Below are positions 29,203 to 39,857 of a DNA stretch of 64,000 nt, piece after piece. The DNA lies in the NCBI GenBank assembly GCA_041687075.1, contig JAWLCO010000006.1, positions 243 through 64,242 on the forward strand, in the 5' to 3' direction. A model generated the notes under the pieces. That model saw nothing but the letters and a program-made list of their open reading frames with translations, had not been told where the DNA came from and made no database searches. This DNA is from Hyphomicrobiaceae bacterium. Its GTDB lineage: Bacteria; Pseudomonadota; Alphaproteobacteria; Rhizobiales; Hyphomicrobiaceae. A program made the position numbers and the translations under genes. The stretch's first letter is position 1. Each line of letters starts with the position of its first letter.

Positions 29203-29634
29203 TCAGGTATGGTGGGGCGAGTGCGCCGGATCGTGCTCGCCCTCGTCCGGATCAGGATGCATGCCGAAGCCGTGCATCTCGTTCGCCCACTGCAGCCCGA
29301 CGATCGATCCCTTGATGCTCGGCAGGAGAATGAGCGATAGCACCACCGTCAGCGGCAGCCACAGCGCCATATGCAGCCATTGCGGCGGGGACGCGGCCTG
29401 CTCCAGCACCAGGACGCCTGCCACGATCAGATGCCCGACTATGGTGATTGTGAGATAAGGCGGTGCATCGTCGGCACGGTGGTGGTGCAGCGCCTCCTGG
29501 CAGGAAGGGCAGGTATCCGCAACCTTCAGGTAGGCGCGGAAAAGGCGGCCATTGCCGCAGGCCGGGCACTTATGCCGCGCGCCGCGCAGCAGGGCGTCGT
29601 ACAGGTTGCGATGTCGCTGAACGGAAACTGCCAT
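29203..29634 (-). CDS. DUF983 membrane protein (zinc-ribbon plus TM)
   Basis: CPACGNGRLFRAYLKVADTCPSCQE zinc ribbon followed by two TM helices. Start taken at MAVSVQRH. Confidence 0.8.
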   Translation of the reverse strand: MAVSVQRHRNLYDALLRGARHKCPACGNGRLFRAYLKVADTCPSCQEALHHHRADDAPPYLTITIVGHLIVAGVLVLEQAASPPQWLHMALWLPLTVVLSLILLPSIKGSIVGLQWANEMHGFGMHPDPDEGEHDPAHSPHHT

Positions 29635-29733
29635 GATTTGCCGGTGTCCTTGGCCGCGAGGCATCACGCGGGCTTGCTTACATGCATAGGTGACCGCAAA
29701 ACCCCCACCGTCAACCCCTCGAAATGCCGCGTC

Positions 29734-32058
29734 TTATCCAGCGCGCCGCCTGCCGCGCACGGTGCGCCGTCCGCGCCAGCCCTTGGCGAGGGAAACATGG
29801 CCGCGCTTGCCTCTCGAGAGCATTTCGAAGCGCAGGGCGCCGGCTGTCGGGATCGCCTCGACCAGGCGAACCCGAACGTCGTCGCCAAGGCGGTAGGCTT
29901 CGCCGCTGCGGCTGCCGACCAGCGCGTGCTGCTCCTCGACGTGATGATAAAAGTCTCCGGTCATGGAGGAGGCGGGGACGAATCCATCCGCACCGGTCTC
30001 CTTCAGCCGGACGAACAGGCCGGATCGGGTCACGCCGGAGACGCGGGCCTCGAACTCGGCGCCGACCCGGTCGGCGAGGTGGGCTGCGATCAGCCGGTCG
30101 ATCGTCTCGCGTTCCGCTGCCATGGCGCGGCGCTCGGTCTCCGAGATCGACTTTGCGACTTCGTCGAGCCGCTCTGCCTCCTCATCCGTCAGGCCATCGG
30201 GGCCAAGGCGCAGCGCTCGCACCAGAGCGCGATGCACCATGAGATCCGCATATCGCCGGATGGGAGAGGTGAAGTGCGCATACCGGCGCAGATTGAGGCC
30301 GAAATGGCCGATGTTCTCGATGGTGTACTCGGCCTGCGCCTGAGCGCGCAGCACGACCTCGTTGACAAGATCGGCCGTCGGCAAGGACTTCGCCTGCGCC
30401 AGCACCCGGTTGAAGTGAGCGGGCTTGAGCTCTCCCGGCGGCAGACGGAGTTGCAGTGTGTCGAGAAAATTGCGAAGCGCCGACAGCTTCTCTTTCGAGG
30501 GCTGGGCATGGGTGCGATAGACGAGCGCCGTCCGCCGTTGCTCCAGCGTCTCTGCTGCCGCGACGTTCGCCTGGATCATGAATTCCTCGATGAGGCGATG
30601 TGCCTCCAGCCGCTCCGGCACCATCACGCGCTCCACGCGGCCGTCCTTGCCGAGGATGATCTTCCGTTCGGGCAAATCGAGGTCCAGCGGCTCGCGACGC
30701 GCGCGTGCTGCTGCCAAGGCCTGGTAGGCCGCCCATAGCGGCTCCAGCGCCGGGCCCATCAGCGGAAGGCACTTGCTCGAGGGTCGGCCGTCGAACGCGG
30801 CCTGCGCTTCCTCGTAACTGAGCTTGGCGGCCGAGCGCATGATGGCGCGAATGAAGGTATGCCGGCGCTTCTCCCCGCGCTTGTCGAACACCATGCGGAC
30901 AGCGAGACACGGGCGCTCCTCGTGCTCCCGCAACGAGCAGAGGTCGTTGGAAATGCGCTCGGGCAGCATCGGCACGACGCGATCGGGGAAATAGACCGAG
31001 TTGCCCCGGATCTGGGCCTCCCGGTCGAGCCTCGTGCCCGGCCGGACGTAATGGGCCACGTCGGCGATCGCGACGGTGACAATGAAGCCGTCACGGTTCT
31101 TCGGGTCGGGATCGGGCTCTGCGTGGACGGCGTCGTCGTGGTCGCGCGCGTCCTTCGGGTCGATGGTAACGAGCGGTACGTCCCGGAGGTCGGCCCGGCC
31201 CTCGGTCCGCAGCGGCTCCAGCCGGTCGAGCTCGGCGAGCACGCCTTCCGGAAAGTCGTCGGGAATGCCGTGGGCGTGGACCGCGATCAGGCTGATGCGG
31301 CGCTGGTCCTGTGGATTGCCGAGAGATTCCAGCACGCGCGCCTGTGGAACACCATAGCGGTGAGTGCGGGGCAGGTCGAAGCGGACGAGATCGCCGTCCT
31401 TCGCCTCGCCTTCATCGCCCGCCGCCACAGGCCAGTCCCTGAGCTGTTTCCGGTCAATGGGCGCGATCAGGCCGCCGCCGCGCTTCTCGTTGGCGCGATA
31501 GATGCCGAGCAGGCGACGCTTCTCGCGCGGCAGCTTCTTGATGGGCTCGCCTTCGAACTGAAATCCCTCGACGTCAGCTCCCTCGAGCTGCCGGACGCGC
31601 GTGAGAATGCGGTCGCCGATGCCGAGCGCACCGTCGCCCGTCTCCGGGAAGCGGCGGCTCTTGACGAGCAGCACCTTTGGGCGGGGCCCCTCGGCACGGT
31701 CCCAGACGACGGGCTCAGCAACCAGATCGCCGTCATCGTCACGCGCAATGACTTCCAGCACCGAGACGGGCGGAATGGCTCCCTTCGCGCGCACCTCTTT
31801 GCGGCGACCGGCGATCGCGCCCTCGTGGCTCAGCTCCGAAAGCAGGCGCTTCAGCTCGATTCGATCGCTGCCTTTGACGCCGAAGGCGCGGGCGATCTCG
31901 CGCTTGCCGACCTTCTCCTGCGCGCCTTTGATGAAGGTCAGGATCTCGTCTTTGGTCGGGAGCCCGCGCGCGGTTTTTGATTTCGCTTCCGCCTGTGCTG
32001 CGCGCTTGCGGGCCACGGTGTCAAATCCTTCATGTGCCTTGAGGTGGTGAGACCGCAC
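29734..32058 (-). CDS. rnr: Ribonuclease R
   Basis: 774 aa. RNB catalytic domain (VTIDPKDARDHDDAVH, SPIRRYADLMVHR), cold-shock/OB regions and a C-terminal S1 domain plus basic tail. Confidence 0.95.
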   Translation of the reverse strand: MRSHHLKAHEGFDTVARKRAAQAEAKSKTARGLPTKDEILTFIKGAQEKVGKREIARAFGVKGSDRIELKRLLSELSHEGAIAGRRKEVRAKGAIPPVSVLEVIARDDDGDLVAEPVVWDRAEGPRPKVLLVKSRRFPETGDGALGIGDRILTRVRQLEGADVEGFQFEGEPIKKLPREKRRLLGIYRANEKRGGGLIAPIDRKQLRDWPVAAGDEGEAKDGDLVRFDLPRTHRYGVPQARVLESLGNPQDQRRISLIAVHAHGIPDDFPEGVLAELDRLEPLRTEGRADLRDVPLVTIDPKDARDHDDAVHAEPDPDPKNRDGFIVTVAIADVAHYVRPGTRLDREAQIRGNSVYFPDRVVPMLPERISNDLCSLREHEERPCLAVRMVFDKRGEKRRHTFIRAIMRSAAKLSYEEAQAAFDGRPSSKCLPLMGPALEPLWAAYQALAAARARREPLDLDLPERKIILGKDGRVERVMVPERLEAHRLIEEFMIQANVAAAETLEQRRTALVYRTHAQPSKEKLSALRNFLDTLQLRLPPGELKPAHFNRVLAQAKSLPTADLVNEVVLRAQAQAEYTIENIGHFGLNLRRYAHFTSPIRRYADLMVHRALVRALRLGPDGLTDEEAERLDEVAKSISETERRAMAAERETIDRLIAAHLADRVGAEFEARVSGVTRSGLFVRLKETGADGFVPASSMTGDFYHHVEEQHALVGSRSGEAYRLGDDVRVRLVEAIPTAGALRFEMLSRGKRGHVSLAKGWRGRRTVRGRRRAG

Positions 32059-32061
32059 CCG

Positions 32062-32110
32062 GCTTCACCATCTCACGACCTGGCGACTTCACGATTTCAC
32101 GTTCCACGAG
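32062..32110. repeat. Degenerate octamer array related to 14135-14180
   Basis: CTTCACCA TCTCACGA CC TGG CGACTTCA CGATTTCA CGTTCCAC GAGG, located in the 57-bp gap between the topA stop and the rnr start. Confidence 0.7.
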
Positions 32111-32115
32111 GCCCT

Positions 32116-34839
32116 TCACTCCGCCGCCGGCTCCGGCACCCGGGACTTGCCGGCGCGTGGCTTGACCGCTTTCTTTGCTGGCGCCTTCTTGGCCGCGGCC
32201 GAGGTCTTCTTGCCGGGGGCCTTTTCCGAAACGGCTTTCGCGGCGGCGGCTTTCTTCGCCGGAGCCTTCGCCCTGCCACGTTTGGTGCCGTTGCTGGCCG
32301 CCCGAGCCTCCAGCAACTGGATCGCCTCCTCGAGCGTCACCTCGGCCGGCTCCTTGCCCTTGGGCAGCGTGGCATTGACGGAGCCGTGCTTGACGTAAGG
32401 TCCGTAGCGTCCGGACAGCACCTCCACCTTGCCGCCTTGAGGATGCTCGCCGAGATCCTTGAGAACCTGCGCCTTCGGCCGCTGCCACTTGCCCTTGCCG
32501 CCGGCCGCCTTCTCGGCAAGCAAAGTCACCGCGCGGTTGATGCCGATCGTGAACACGTCTTCGAGACTTTCGAGGTTGGCGTAGGTTCCTTCGTGGAGCA
32601 CGAAGGGCCCATAACGGCCAATCCCTGCTGTGATCGGCTTGCCCGTCTCCGGGTGCAGGCCGACCTCGCGCGGCAGAGCCAGGAGCTGCAACGCGCGCTC
32701 CAGGTCGATCGTGGCCGCGTCCATGCCGCGCGGAATGGAGGCACGCTTCGGCTTCTCGCCATCCTCCGCCTCGCCGAGCTGGACGTACGGACCGAAGCGA
32801 CCCGTGCGCAGGGTCACAGGCAGGCCAGTATCGGGGTCGTAGCCCAGCAGCTTGCCTTCCGGCGGCGTCGTCTCCACCTCGCCCTGGGGCTCGGTGAACT
32901 GGCGGGTGTAGCGGCACTCCGGGTAGTTCGAGCAGCCGATGAAGGCACCGAAGCGCCCGACCTTGAGGCTCAGCCGGCCGGAGCCGCAGACAGGGCAGGT
33001 ACGCGGATCACCACCGTCGGCGCGCGGCGGGAAGATGTGGGGCCCGAGGATCTCGTTCAGCGCCTCCAGCACCTCGCTGACGCGGAGGTCCTTGATACCG
33101 TCGACGGCGCCGGTGAAGTCGCGCCAGAAGTCGCGCAGCACATCCTTCCACTGCAACTTGCCGTCGGAGATGAGGTCCAGCTTCTCCTCGAGGTCCGCGG
33201 TGAAATCGAACTCCACGTAGCGGCGGAAGAAGCTCTCCAGGAAAGCGATGACCAGCCGGCCCTTGTCCTCCGGAATCATGCGCTTCTTCTCGAGCCGCAC
33301 ATAGCCGCGCTCCCGCAGCACGGCGAGGGTCGTGGCGTATGTCGAGGGGCGGCCGATCCCGAGCTCCTCCATGCGCTTGACGAGGGTGGCCTCGGTGTAG
33401 CGCGGGGGCGGCTCGGTGAAATGCTGGCTGGCAGTGACGGCCCTGTCCTTCAGTGCATCGCCGCGCTCGAGCGGTGGCAGGCGTCGGCTGTCGTCCTCAT
33501 CCTCCAGGTCCACCTGGTCTTTGGACGCGACGCGGTCGTCGCGGCCTTCCGAGTAGAGCCGCATGAAGCCGTCGAACACGACGACGGAACCGGTGGCGCG
33601 CAGGCCGTACGCCTTGCCATCCTTGCCGTTGACGCCGATCTCGACCGTCGTCTGCTCGAGCTCGGCTGGCGCCATCTGGCTCGCGATCGTCCGGCACCAG
33701 ATGAGCTCGTAGAGAGCGGCCTGGTCCTTCTCCAGATAGCGGGCGACATCGCGGGGGCGGCGGCTCGGGTCCGTCGGCCGGATCGCCTCGTGCGCCTCCT
33801 GGGCGTTCTTGGCCTTGCTCTTGTACTCCCGCGCGAACGGCGTGTAGCGCTGCCCGTACTCGCCAGCGATCACGCGGCGGATTTCGGAGACCGCCTCCGG
33901 CACGATCTGTACGCCGTCGGTACGCATGTAGGTGATGAGACCCACCGTCTCGCCGCCAAGATCGATGCCCTCGTAAAGGCGCTGCGCCACCTGCATGGTC
34001 TGCTTGGCCGAAAAGCCGAGCTTGCGAGAGGCTTCCTGCTGCAGTGTGGATGTCGTGAACGGAGCGGCGGGATTGCGCCGGACGGCCTTCTTCTCGACCG
34101 ATGAGACCGTGAACCGGCCGCCCTCGATGGCTGCCTTGATGGCATTGGCGCTCGCCGAGTCCTTGATGTCGAGCTTCTTGAGGGACCGCCCGTCGATGGC
34201 AACGAGGCGCGAGCGCACGTCCTCGCCTTTGGTCGTGGCGAGCAACGCCTCGATGGTCCAGTATTCCTCGGACTTGAACGCCTCGATCTCGGCCTCGCGG
34301 TCGCAGACGAGGCGCAGCGCCACAGACTGCACGCGGCCTGCCGAGCGAGCGCCCGGCAGTTTGCGCCACAGCACCGGCGACAGCGTGAAACCGACGAGGT
34401 AATCGAGCGCGCGGCGGGCGAGGTAGGCCTCCACCAGCGGGGCATCGATGGCCCTCGGGTGCTTCATCGCGGTGAGCACCGCGTCCTTCGTGACGGCATT
34501 GAAGGTGACACGCTCGACCGGCACGCCCTTCCTCAGCGCCCGCCTCTGATCGAGCAACTGCAGGATGTGCCAGGAGATCGCCTCGCCCTCGCGGTCAGGG
34601 TCGGTGGCCAGAATGACCTTATCGGCCTTCTTCACCGCGTCAGCGATCTCCCGCATCACCTTGGCGGCCCTGGAATCGACATCCCAGTGCATCGCGAAGT
34701 CGTGGTCGGGCTCCACCGAGCCATCCTTCGAGGGCAGATCGCGGACGTGTCCGTAGGACGGGATCACCTTGTATCCCGAGCCCAGGTACTTGTTGATCGT
34801 CTTGGCCTTCGCAGCCGATTCCACGATGACGATGTTCAT
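32116..34839 (-). CDS. topA: DNA topoisomerase I
   Basis: Start taken at MNIVIVESAAKAKTINKYLG (TOPRIM). Also has the active-site region, multiple C4 zinc ribbons and a Lys/Ala-rich C-terminal tail. The 44 upstream codons of the ORF are not coding-like. Confidence 0.95.
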   Translation of the reverse strand: MNIVIVESAAKAKTINKYLGSGYKVIPSYGHVRDLPSKDGSVEPDHDFAMHWDVDSRAAKVMREIADAVKKADKVILATDPDREGEAISWHILQLLDQRRALRKGVPVERVTFNAVTKDAVLTAMKHPRAIDAPLVEAYLARRALDYLVGFTLSPVLWRKLPGARSAGRVQSVALRLVCDREAEIEAFKSEEYWTIEALLATTKGEDVRSRLVAIDGRSLKKLDIKDSASANAIKAAIEGGRFTVSSVEKKAVRRNPAAPFTTSTLQQEASRKLGFSAKQTMQVAQRLYEGIDLGGETVGLITYMRTDGVQIVPEAVSEIRRVIAGEYGQRYTPFAREYKSKAKNAQEAHEAIRPTDPSRRPRDVARYLEKDQAALYELIWCRTIASQMAPAELEQTTVEIGVNGKDGKAYGLRATGSVVVFDGFMRLYSEGRDDRVASKDQVDLEDEDDSRRLPPLERGDALKDRAVTASQHFTEPPPRYTEATLVKRMEELGIGRPSTYATTLAVLRERGYVRLEKKRMIPEDKGRLVIAFLESFFRRYVEFDFTADLEEKLDLISDGKLQWKDVLRDFWRDFTGAVDGIKDLRVSEVLEALNEILGPHIFPPRADGGDPRTCPVCGSGRLSLKVGRFGAFIGCSNYPECRYTRQFTEPQGEVETTPPEGKLLGYDPDTGLPVTLRTGRFGPYVQLGEAEDGEKPKRASIPRGMDAATIDLERALQLLALPREVGLHPETGKPITAGIGRYGPFVLHEGTYANLESLEDVFTIGINRAVTLLAEKAAGGKGKWQRPKAQVLKDLGEHPQGGKVEVLSGRYGPYVKHGSVNATLPKGKEPAEVTLEEAIQLLEARAASNGTKRGRAKAPAKKAAAAKAVSEKAPGKKTSAAAKKAPAKKAVKPRAGKSRVPEPAAE

Positions 34840-35156
34840 GTGCTTTCCGGGGTCCCCCAGCTGCGGCTCTTCCCTTACCGTCGCCCGCAGCAGGCACTTG
34901 CGCGGGGCCGCGCCAGATCCGTCGTTAACATTCAGGTCGGGGAAGATGGGTGATGGCCGTGGCGAAGTCAAATGAGGTCAATGTGCAAAAAATGCATATT
35001 GTCTTCGAGACAAGCATATTCTAGAAAGCACGCGGGCTGTAGGTGTAGCAGGTGGCAGCCTGACGGTCGAATGTTTGGGGGCATGCCATGGAAGAGGCTC
35101 GGAGAGGAGACCGCACGCTGGCGCTTGTTCACGCAAGCCAGGAGCAAGATGGGTCC

Positions 35157-35354
35157 ATGCCGGCAGAAGGCCCGGCGGCAAACGCAACGCGGGAGCACTT
35201 CGAGTACCTGGCGGACATGATCCGGCAGATGCAGGTTCTGGCCTGGCAGACGGGCTGCTCCCGGCTGGCGGAGCTCCTGGAGCTGGCGCATCGCGAGGCA
35301 GATCAGCAGCGGCGGGCCCGCCCGAGGCGCCTGAGCTGGCTCGAGCCGGCATGA
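35157..35354 (+). CDS. Small hypothetical protein (about 65 aa)
   Basis: Strong GC3 bias over ...REHFEYLADMIRQMQVLAWQTGCSRLAELLELAHREADQQRR. No family recognised and the start is uncertain (ORF 35088..35354). Confidence 0.4.
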   Translation: MPAEGPAANATREHFEYLADMIRQMQVLAWQTGCSRLAELLELAHREADQQRRARPRRLSWLEPA

Positions 35355-35404
35355 GGCCGGTGCTGCCGGTTCGGCGACACGCGGGCACGGGGAGTTGGGA
35401 GATT

Positions 35405-36592
35405 TCAGTCGCGGCCGGTCACCAGTGAGACGAGCTGGCTGCCGTGGTGTTCGAGGCGGCCGGCGAGCGCCAGCTCCAGCAGGACGGTCTGGACGATGCG
35501 TATCGGCAGCTGCGTGGCCCGGGCCACCTCATCGATATGGACCGGGGCAGGGCCCAAAGCGGCGATGACGCGTGACCGCTCATCCCGCTCCACCTGCGGC
35601 AATGGTTCCGGTGCGGCATCGCGTGCAGGGGCGGGTTCCTCGAGGAGCTGGATTTGGCCTGATACGGCTTGGCGGGGCCGGCCGAACGGCTGCAGCGCGT
35701 TCACCACATCCTCTGCGCAGGTGATGAGCGTGGCCCCCTCCTTGATGAGATGATTGGTTCCGGCTGCCCGAGGGTCGAGCGGATGGCCGGGCACGGCGAA
35801 CACCTCCCGGCCCTGGTCCGCGGCTCTGCGGGCAGTAATCAGCGATCCCGAGCGGCGGGCCGCCTCGACAACCACCACCCCAAGCGACAGGCCCGAGATG
35901 ATCCGGTTGCGGCGCGGGAAATCATTCCCCCGCGGCTGAAAGCCGGGCGGCTGCTCACCGACGAGGCAGCCCCGTTCTGCAATGGCGTGATGCAGATCGG
36001 CATTCTGTGGCGGGTAGATCATATCGAGCCCGCCTGCCAGCACGGCGACAGTCCCGGTCTCCAGCGCGGCGTGGTGCGCGGCCGTGTCGATGCCGAGCGC
36101 GAGCCCGGAGGTCACGACGTAGCCGGCCTCGCCGAGACCGGCAGCGATCTGCCGCGTGAGCTGCTGACCCGCGGCGGAGGCGGCACGCGAGCCGACGATC
36201 CCGATGGCCGGACGCGCGAGCAGCCGGTCGTCACCCTTCACGTAGATGAGCGGTGGCGCACCATCGATAACGGCAAGTGCTGCGGGGTAGCCGGGCTCGA
36301 TCGTGAACAGTGGGCGTGCCCCGATGCGTTCCGCCGCGGCCAGTTCCGCTTCGGCTGCCGCTTCCGGGCAGATGCGTATGGCCGTTCGCCGTCCGCCGCG
36401 CGCTGACAGCTCAGGCAGTGCGGCGAGAGCAGCCCGCGCGCCGCCGAAATGATTGATGAGCGCCCGGAAGGTTGCGGGCCCGACGTTTTCCGAGCGGATG
36501 AGCCGCAGGCAGGCGAGGCGCTGACTGTCGTCGAGGCGGGCGGTCGGCAGCGGCGGTGGCTTGGGCCTGGTGATTTTGTCAGGCGCGCGCAC
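35405..36592 (-). CDS. dprA: DNA-processing protein DprA
   Basis: Rossmann-like DprA core ([49 protein letters not shown]) and a C-terminal winged-helix domain. Confidence 0.9.
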   Translation of the reverse strand: MRAPDKITRPKPPPLPTARLDDSQRLACLRLIRSENVGPATFRALINHFGGARAALAALPELSARGGRRTAIRICPEAAAEAELAAAERIGARPLFTIEPGYPAALAVIDGAPPLIYVKGDDRLLARPAIGIVGSRAASAAGQQLTRQIAAGLGEAGYVVTSGLALGIDTAAHHAALETGTVAVLAGGLDMIYPPQNADLHHAIAERGCLVGEQPPGFQPRGNDFPRRNRIISGLSLGVVVVEAARRSGSLITARRAADQGREVFAVPGHPLDPRAAGTNHLIKEGATLITCAEDVVNALQPFGRPRQAVSGQIQLLEEPAPARDAAPEPLPQVERDERSRVIAALGPAPVHIDEVARATQLPIRIVQTVLLELALAGRLEHHGSQLVSLVTGRD

Positions 36593-37181
36593 CGATCTTG
36601 CTCTCCGTGCCGGCCATCAGGCGCTGGATGTTGGCGTGATGCTTCAAGGCGAGAAGGACGCTGAGCACCGCCATCAGCAGTGCGATCTGGTCCTCGCCCA
36701 GGAACCAGAGGAGCAGCGGTGTCGTGATGCTTGCCGTCAGCGCCGAGAGTGAAGAGTAACGGGTCAGCACGGCGACCGCGAGCCAGACGGCGCAGAAGGC
36801 CAGCGCCGCCGGAAAGTGAAGGCCGATCAGGACGCCGATGTAGGTCGCGACGCCCTTGCCGCCCTTGAAGCCGAGCCAGACGGGGAAGATGTGCCCCAGG
36901 AACGCGCCAAGTCCACTCGCCAGCGCTGCTACCGGACCGCCGACTGCAGACCCGATCAGAACTCCGGCAGTGCCCTTGAGGGCATCGAGCATCAGCGTAG
37001 CGGCCGCGAGCGCCTTGTTTCCCGTCCGAAGCACGTTGGTCGCGCCGATGTTTCCGGAGCCGATGCTGCGGATGTCGCCCATCCCGGCCAGGCGCGTCAG
37101 CAGCAGCCCGAAGGGGATCGACCCCAGTGCATAGCCGATGGCCAGCGCAAGAACGAGGGTGGTGTTCGCAAATTCAGTCAT
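36579..37181 (-). CDS. plsY: Glycerol-3-phosphate acyltransferase PlsY
   Basis: 200 aa membrane protein with [14 protein letters not shown] and FKGGKGVAT motifs. Overlaps the dprA start by 14 nt. Confidence 0.95.
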   Translation of the reverse strand: MTEFANTTLVLALAIGYALGSIPFGLLLTRLAGMGDIRSIGSGNIGATNVLRTGNKALAAATLMLDALKGTAGVLIGSAVGGPVAALASGLGAFLGHIFPVWLGFKGGKGVATYIGVLIGLHFPAALAFCAVWLAVAVLTRYSSLSALTASITTPLLLWFLGEDQIALLMAVLSVLLALKHHANIQRLMAGTESKIGARA

Positions 37182-37217
37182 GTGGTGGTCACTGCGCGGA
37201 GCGCTGCGGGCGCATCC

Positions 37218-38564
37218 TCATCCCCGCGGCGTGTCAGGGTATCGATACACCGTTTCGCCTTCAACCATGGTCAGCAGGATGCGGCCTTGCATCTTGCTCT
37301 CGTCGAACGGCGAGTTCTTGGAGCGTGAGCGCAGAAGCTCGCGGTCGACGACCCACGGCTGGCCCATGTCGAACAGCATGAGATCGGCCGGTGCGCCTTT
37401 CTGCAGCCGGCCCGAGGGCAGGCCCAGCAGGCGGGCCGGACTGCTTGTCATGGCGCGGAGCAGGACCATCAGGCTCACGCCGTCGGTGTAGTGGAGCCGC
37501 AGGGCCGCCGACAGCAGCGTCTCGAGCCCGATCGCCCCATCGGCCGCTTCCGCAAACGGGCGGCGCTTCACGTCAGCGTCCTGCGGGTCGTGGCTCGACA
37601 CGATGACGTCGATATCCCCCGCAGCCAGCCCGCGGACGAGTGCCGACCGATCGTCCTCCGCACGCAGCGGCGGGCGCAGTTTGAAGAAGGTCCGGTACGA
37701 CCCGATGTCATTTTCGTTGAGCGCCAGATGATTGATCGACGCTCCGCACGTGACCGGCAGGCCCGCGGCCTTGGCAGCGCGAATGATGTCGAGGCTCTCG
37801 CGGCAGGAGATGGTTGCCGCGTGGTAGCGCCCGCCAGTGATTTCGACGAGGCGGATATCCCGCTCCAGCACGATCGTCTCGGCCGCCTTCGGGGCGCCGA
37901 CCAGGCCCAGCCGCGCCGCGACGTGGCCCGCGTTCATGCAGGTGCCGTCGGCAAGATAGGGGTCTTCCGCGTGGTGCACGATGAGCGTGCCGAAGTCCTT
38001 GGCGTAGAGCAAGGCGTTGCGCATCACCTTGGTGTTGGCGACGCTGCTCTTGCCATTGGAAAAGGCAATCGCCCCGGCGCGCTTCAGCAGGCCGATCTCG
38101 GTGATCTCCTGGCCTTCGAGCCCCTTGGTCAGCGCCGCCATGGTGTGGACGTTGACAACGGCATTGTCGCGTGCGCGCCGCTGGATGAAGTCGACGAGTG
38201 CCACCTGATCTATCACCGGGTTCGTGTCCGGCATGACCACGATGGTCGTCACGCCGCCCGCGGCGGCCGCCTGGCTGGCGGTCTTCAGCGTCTCACGGTG
38301 CTCGGCGCCGGGCTCGCCCGTGAACACCTGCATGTCGATCAGGCCGGGTGCCAGTATGTGCCCCTTGCAGTCGATCACCTCGGCGCCTTCGGGCGCGCTG
38401 CGGCGCAGGTGGCCGCCGATATCGGCGATCTCGCCGTCGGCGACGAGCAGGCCGCCCGGCTCGTCCCGGTTCGAAGCCGGATCGATGAGGCGCGCATTGA
38501 TGAAGACCGTGCGGCTCGCCGTATTCGCGTGCTGTGAGTTCTGGGCGCGCATCTGCCGGCTCAT
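37218..38564 (-). CDS. pyrC: Dihydroorotase (long form, pyrB-associated)
   Basis: 448 aa amidohydrolase fold ([15 protein letters not shown]). Overlaps the pyrB stop by 4 nt. Confidence 0.85.
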   Translation of the reverse strand: MSRQMRAQNSQHANTASRTVFINARLIDPASNRDEPGGLLVADGEIADIGGHLRRSAPEGAEVIDCKGHILAPGLIDMQVFTGEPGAEHRETLKTASQAAAAGGVTTIVVMPDTNPVIDQVALVDFIQRRARDNAVVNVHTMAALTKGLEGQEITEIGLLKRAGAIAFSNGKSSVANTKVMRNALLYAKDFGTLIVHHAEDPYLADGTCMNAGHVAARLGLVGAPKAAETIVLERDIRLVEITGGRYHAATISCRESLDIIRAAKAAGLPVTCGASINHLALNENDIGSYRTFFKLRPPLRAEDDRSALVRGLAAGDIDVIVSSHDPQDADVKRRPFAEAADGAIGLETLLSAALRLHYTDGVSLMVLLRAMTSSPARLLGLPSGRLQKGAPADLMLFDMGQPWVVDRELLRSRSKNSPFDESKMQGRILLTMVEGETVYRYPDTPRG

Positions 38565-39523
38565 CGGTTGGGAAGGTTGCGGGCGAGCGCCTCGAGCACG
38601 GCCATGCGCACGGCCACGCCCATCTCGACCTGCTCGCGGATCAGGCTACGGGAGTGGTCTGCGATCGTCGACGCGATTTCGACTCCCCGGTTCATGGGGC
38701 CGGGGTGCATGATGAGCGCATCGGGCTTGGCCCGCGCCAGCTTCTCGTGGTCGAGCCCGAAGAAGTGGAAATACTCGCGGATGGACGGCACCAGCGAGCC
38801 CTGCATGCGCTCGCGCTGCAGCCGCAGCATCATCACGATATCCGCGCCTTCCAGCCCCTTCCACATGTCCGTGAAGACCTCCGCGCCGAAGCGTTCGGGC
38901 TCGGCGGGCAGCAGCGTCGATGGCGCGATCAGCCGCACGCGCGCACCCATCGTGTTCAGCACGTTGATATTCGAACGCGCCACGCGGCTGTGCAGGATGT
39001 CTCCGCAGATGGCCACCGTCAGCCCGGCGATGCGGCCCTTCGCACGGCGGATGGTGAGCGCATCGAGAAGTGCCTGCGTCGGGTGCTGGTGAGCGCCGTC
39101 GCCCGCATTGATGACCGAGCAGTCGACCTTCTGCGCCAGCAACTCGACGGCACCGGCCGCGTAGTGGCGCACGGCGATGATGTCCGGCCGCATGGCGTTC
39201 AGCGTCATCGCCGTGTCGATCAGCGTCTCGCCCTTCTGCACCGAGGAGGTCGAGACGTTCATGTTCATGACGTCGGCCCCCAGCCGCTTGCCCGCGAGCT
39301 CGAAGGAGCTCTGCGTGCGGGTGGATGCCTCGAAGAACAGGTTGATGAGGGTGCGGCCCCTGAGGTCGTCGCGCTTCTTGTTGACCTGCCGGTTGGTCTC
39401 GGCGGCCTTGTCGGCAAGGTCGAGAAGCGCGGTGATCTCCCCCGCCGTCAAGGTTTCGCAGGTCAATAGATGGCGGTGAGGGAAGAACGTGTGGTCAGCG
39501 GATGGGGCGGTGCTGGTCATCAA
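38561..39523 (-). CDS. pyrB: Aspartate carbamoyltransferase catalytic subunit
   Basis: [30 protein letters not shown] and [11 protein letters not shown] motifs. Confidence 0.95.
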   Translation of the reverse strand: MMTSTAPSADHTFFPHRHLLTCETLTAGEITALLDLADKAAETNRQVNKKRDDLRGRTLINLFFEASTRTQSSFELAGKRLGADVMNMNVSTSSVQKGETLIDTAMTLNAMRPDIIAVRHYAAGAVELLAQKVDCSVINAGDGAHQHPTQALLDALTIRRAKGRIAGLTVAICGDILHSRVARSNINVLNTMGARVRLIAPSTLLPAEPERFGAEVFTDMWKGLEGADIVMMLRLQRERMQGSLVPSIREYFHFFGLDHEKLARAKPDALIMHPGPMNRGVEIASTIADHSRSLIREQVEMGVAVRMAVLEALARNLPNR

Positions 39524-39621
39524 GGCCGGTTCTATAGGAGCAGTTCAGCGCTCCGGCAAGCGGATTGGCAAGGCTGTCGACAGGGGAACATGGGCGCCGA
39601 TGGCGGGTTCCGGCTGAGAGG

Positions 39622-39708
39622 GGCGAGTAGCGAATGGCGAGTAGCGAATAGGGAGACAGACCCCCAGCTATTCGCCATTCGCCATTCGCCATTCGCCATT
39701 CCCTATTC
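39622..39708. repeat. Heptamer-array palindrome, copy 2
   Basis: Left arm GG CGAGTAG CGAATGG CGAGTAG CGAATAG GG, a 14-nt spacer, then right arm CTATTCG CCATTCG CCATTCG CCATTCC CTATTCG CTCGCC. It lies in the pyrB/MFS divergent region. Confidence 0.85.
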
Positions 39709-39857
39709 GCTCGCCATCACAAACGGTTCTGGTTGGCTGGGCCGGCGTCGCGGTGCGGGGGTGTGGCTGGCGCGGAAGGATGGCTTCCGGCGCTTGCTCG
39801 ATCGGCTCGAAGCTGGGAGACTGGCCGCCCACAGACCCCGGAGCCCATTTCAGCGCA

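Noticed and set aside
32032-34104. 690-aa plus-strand ORF
   Set aside because: It is antisense to topA, which has unambiguous topoisomerase motifs. The translation is low-complexity Arg/Leu/Ala/Gly.
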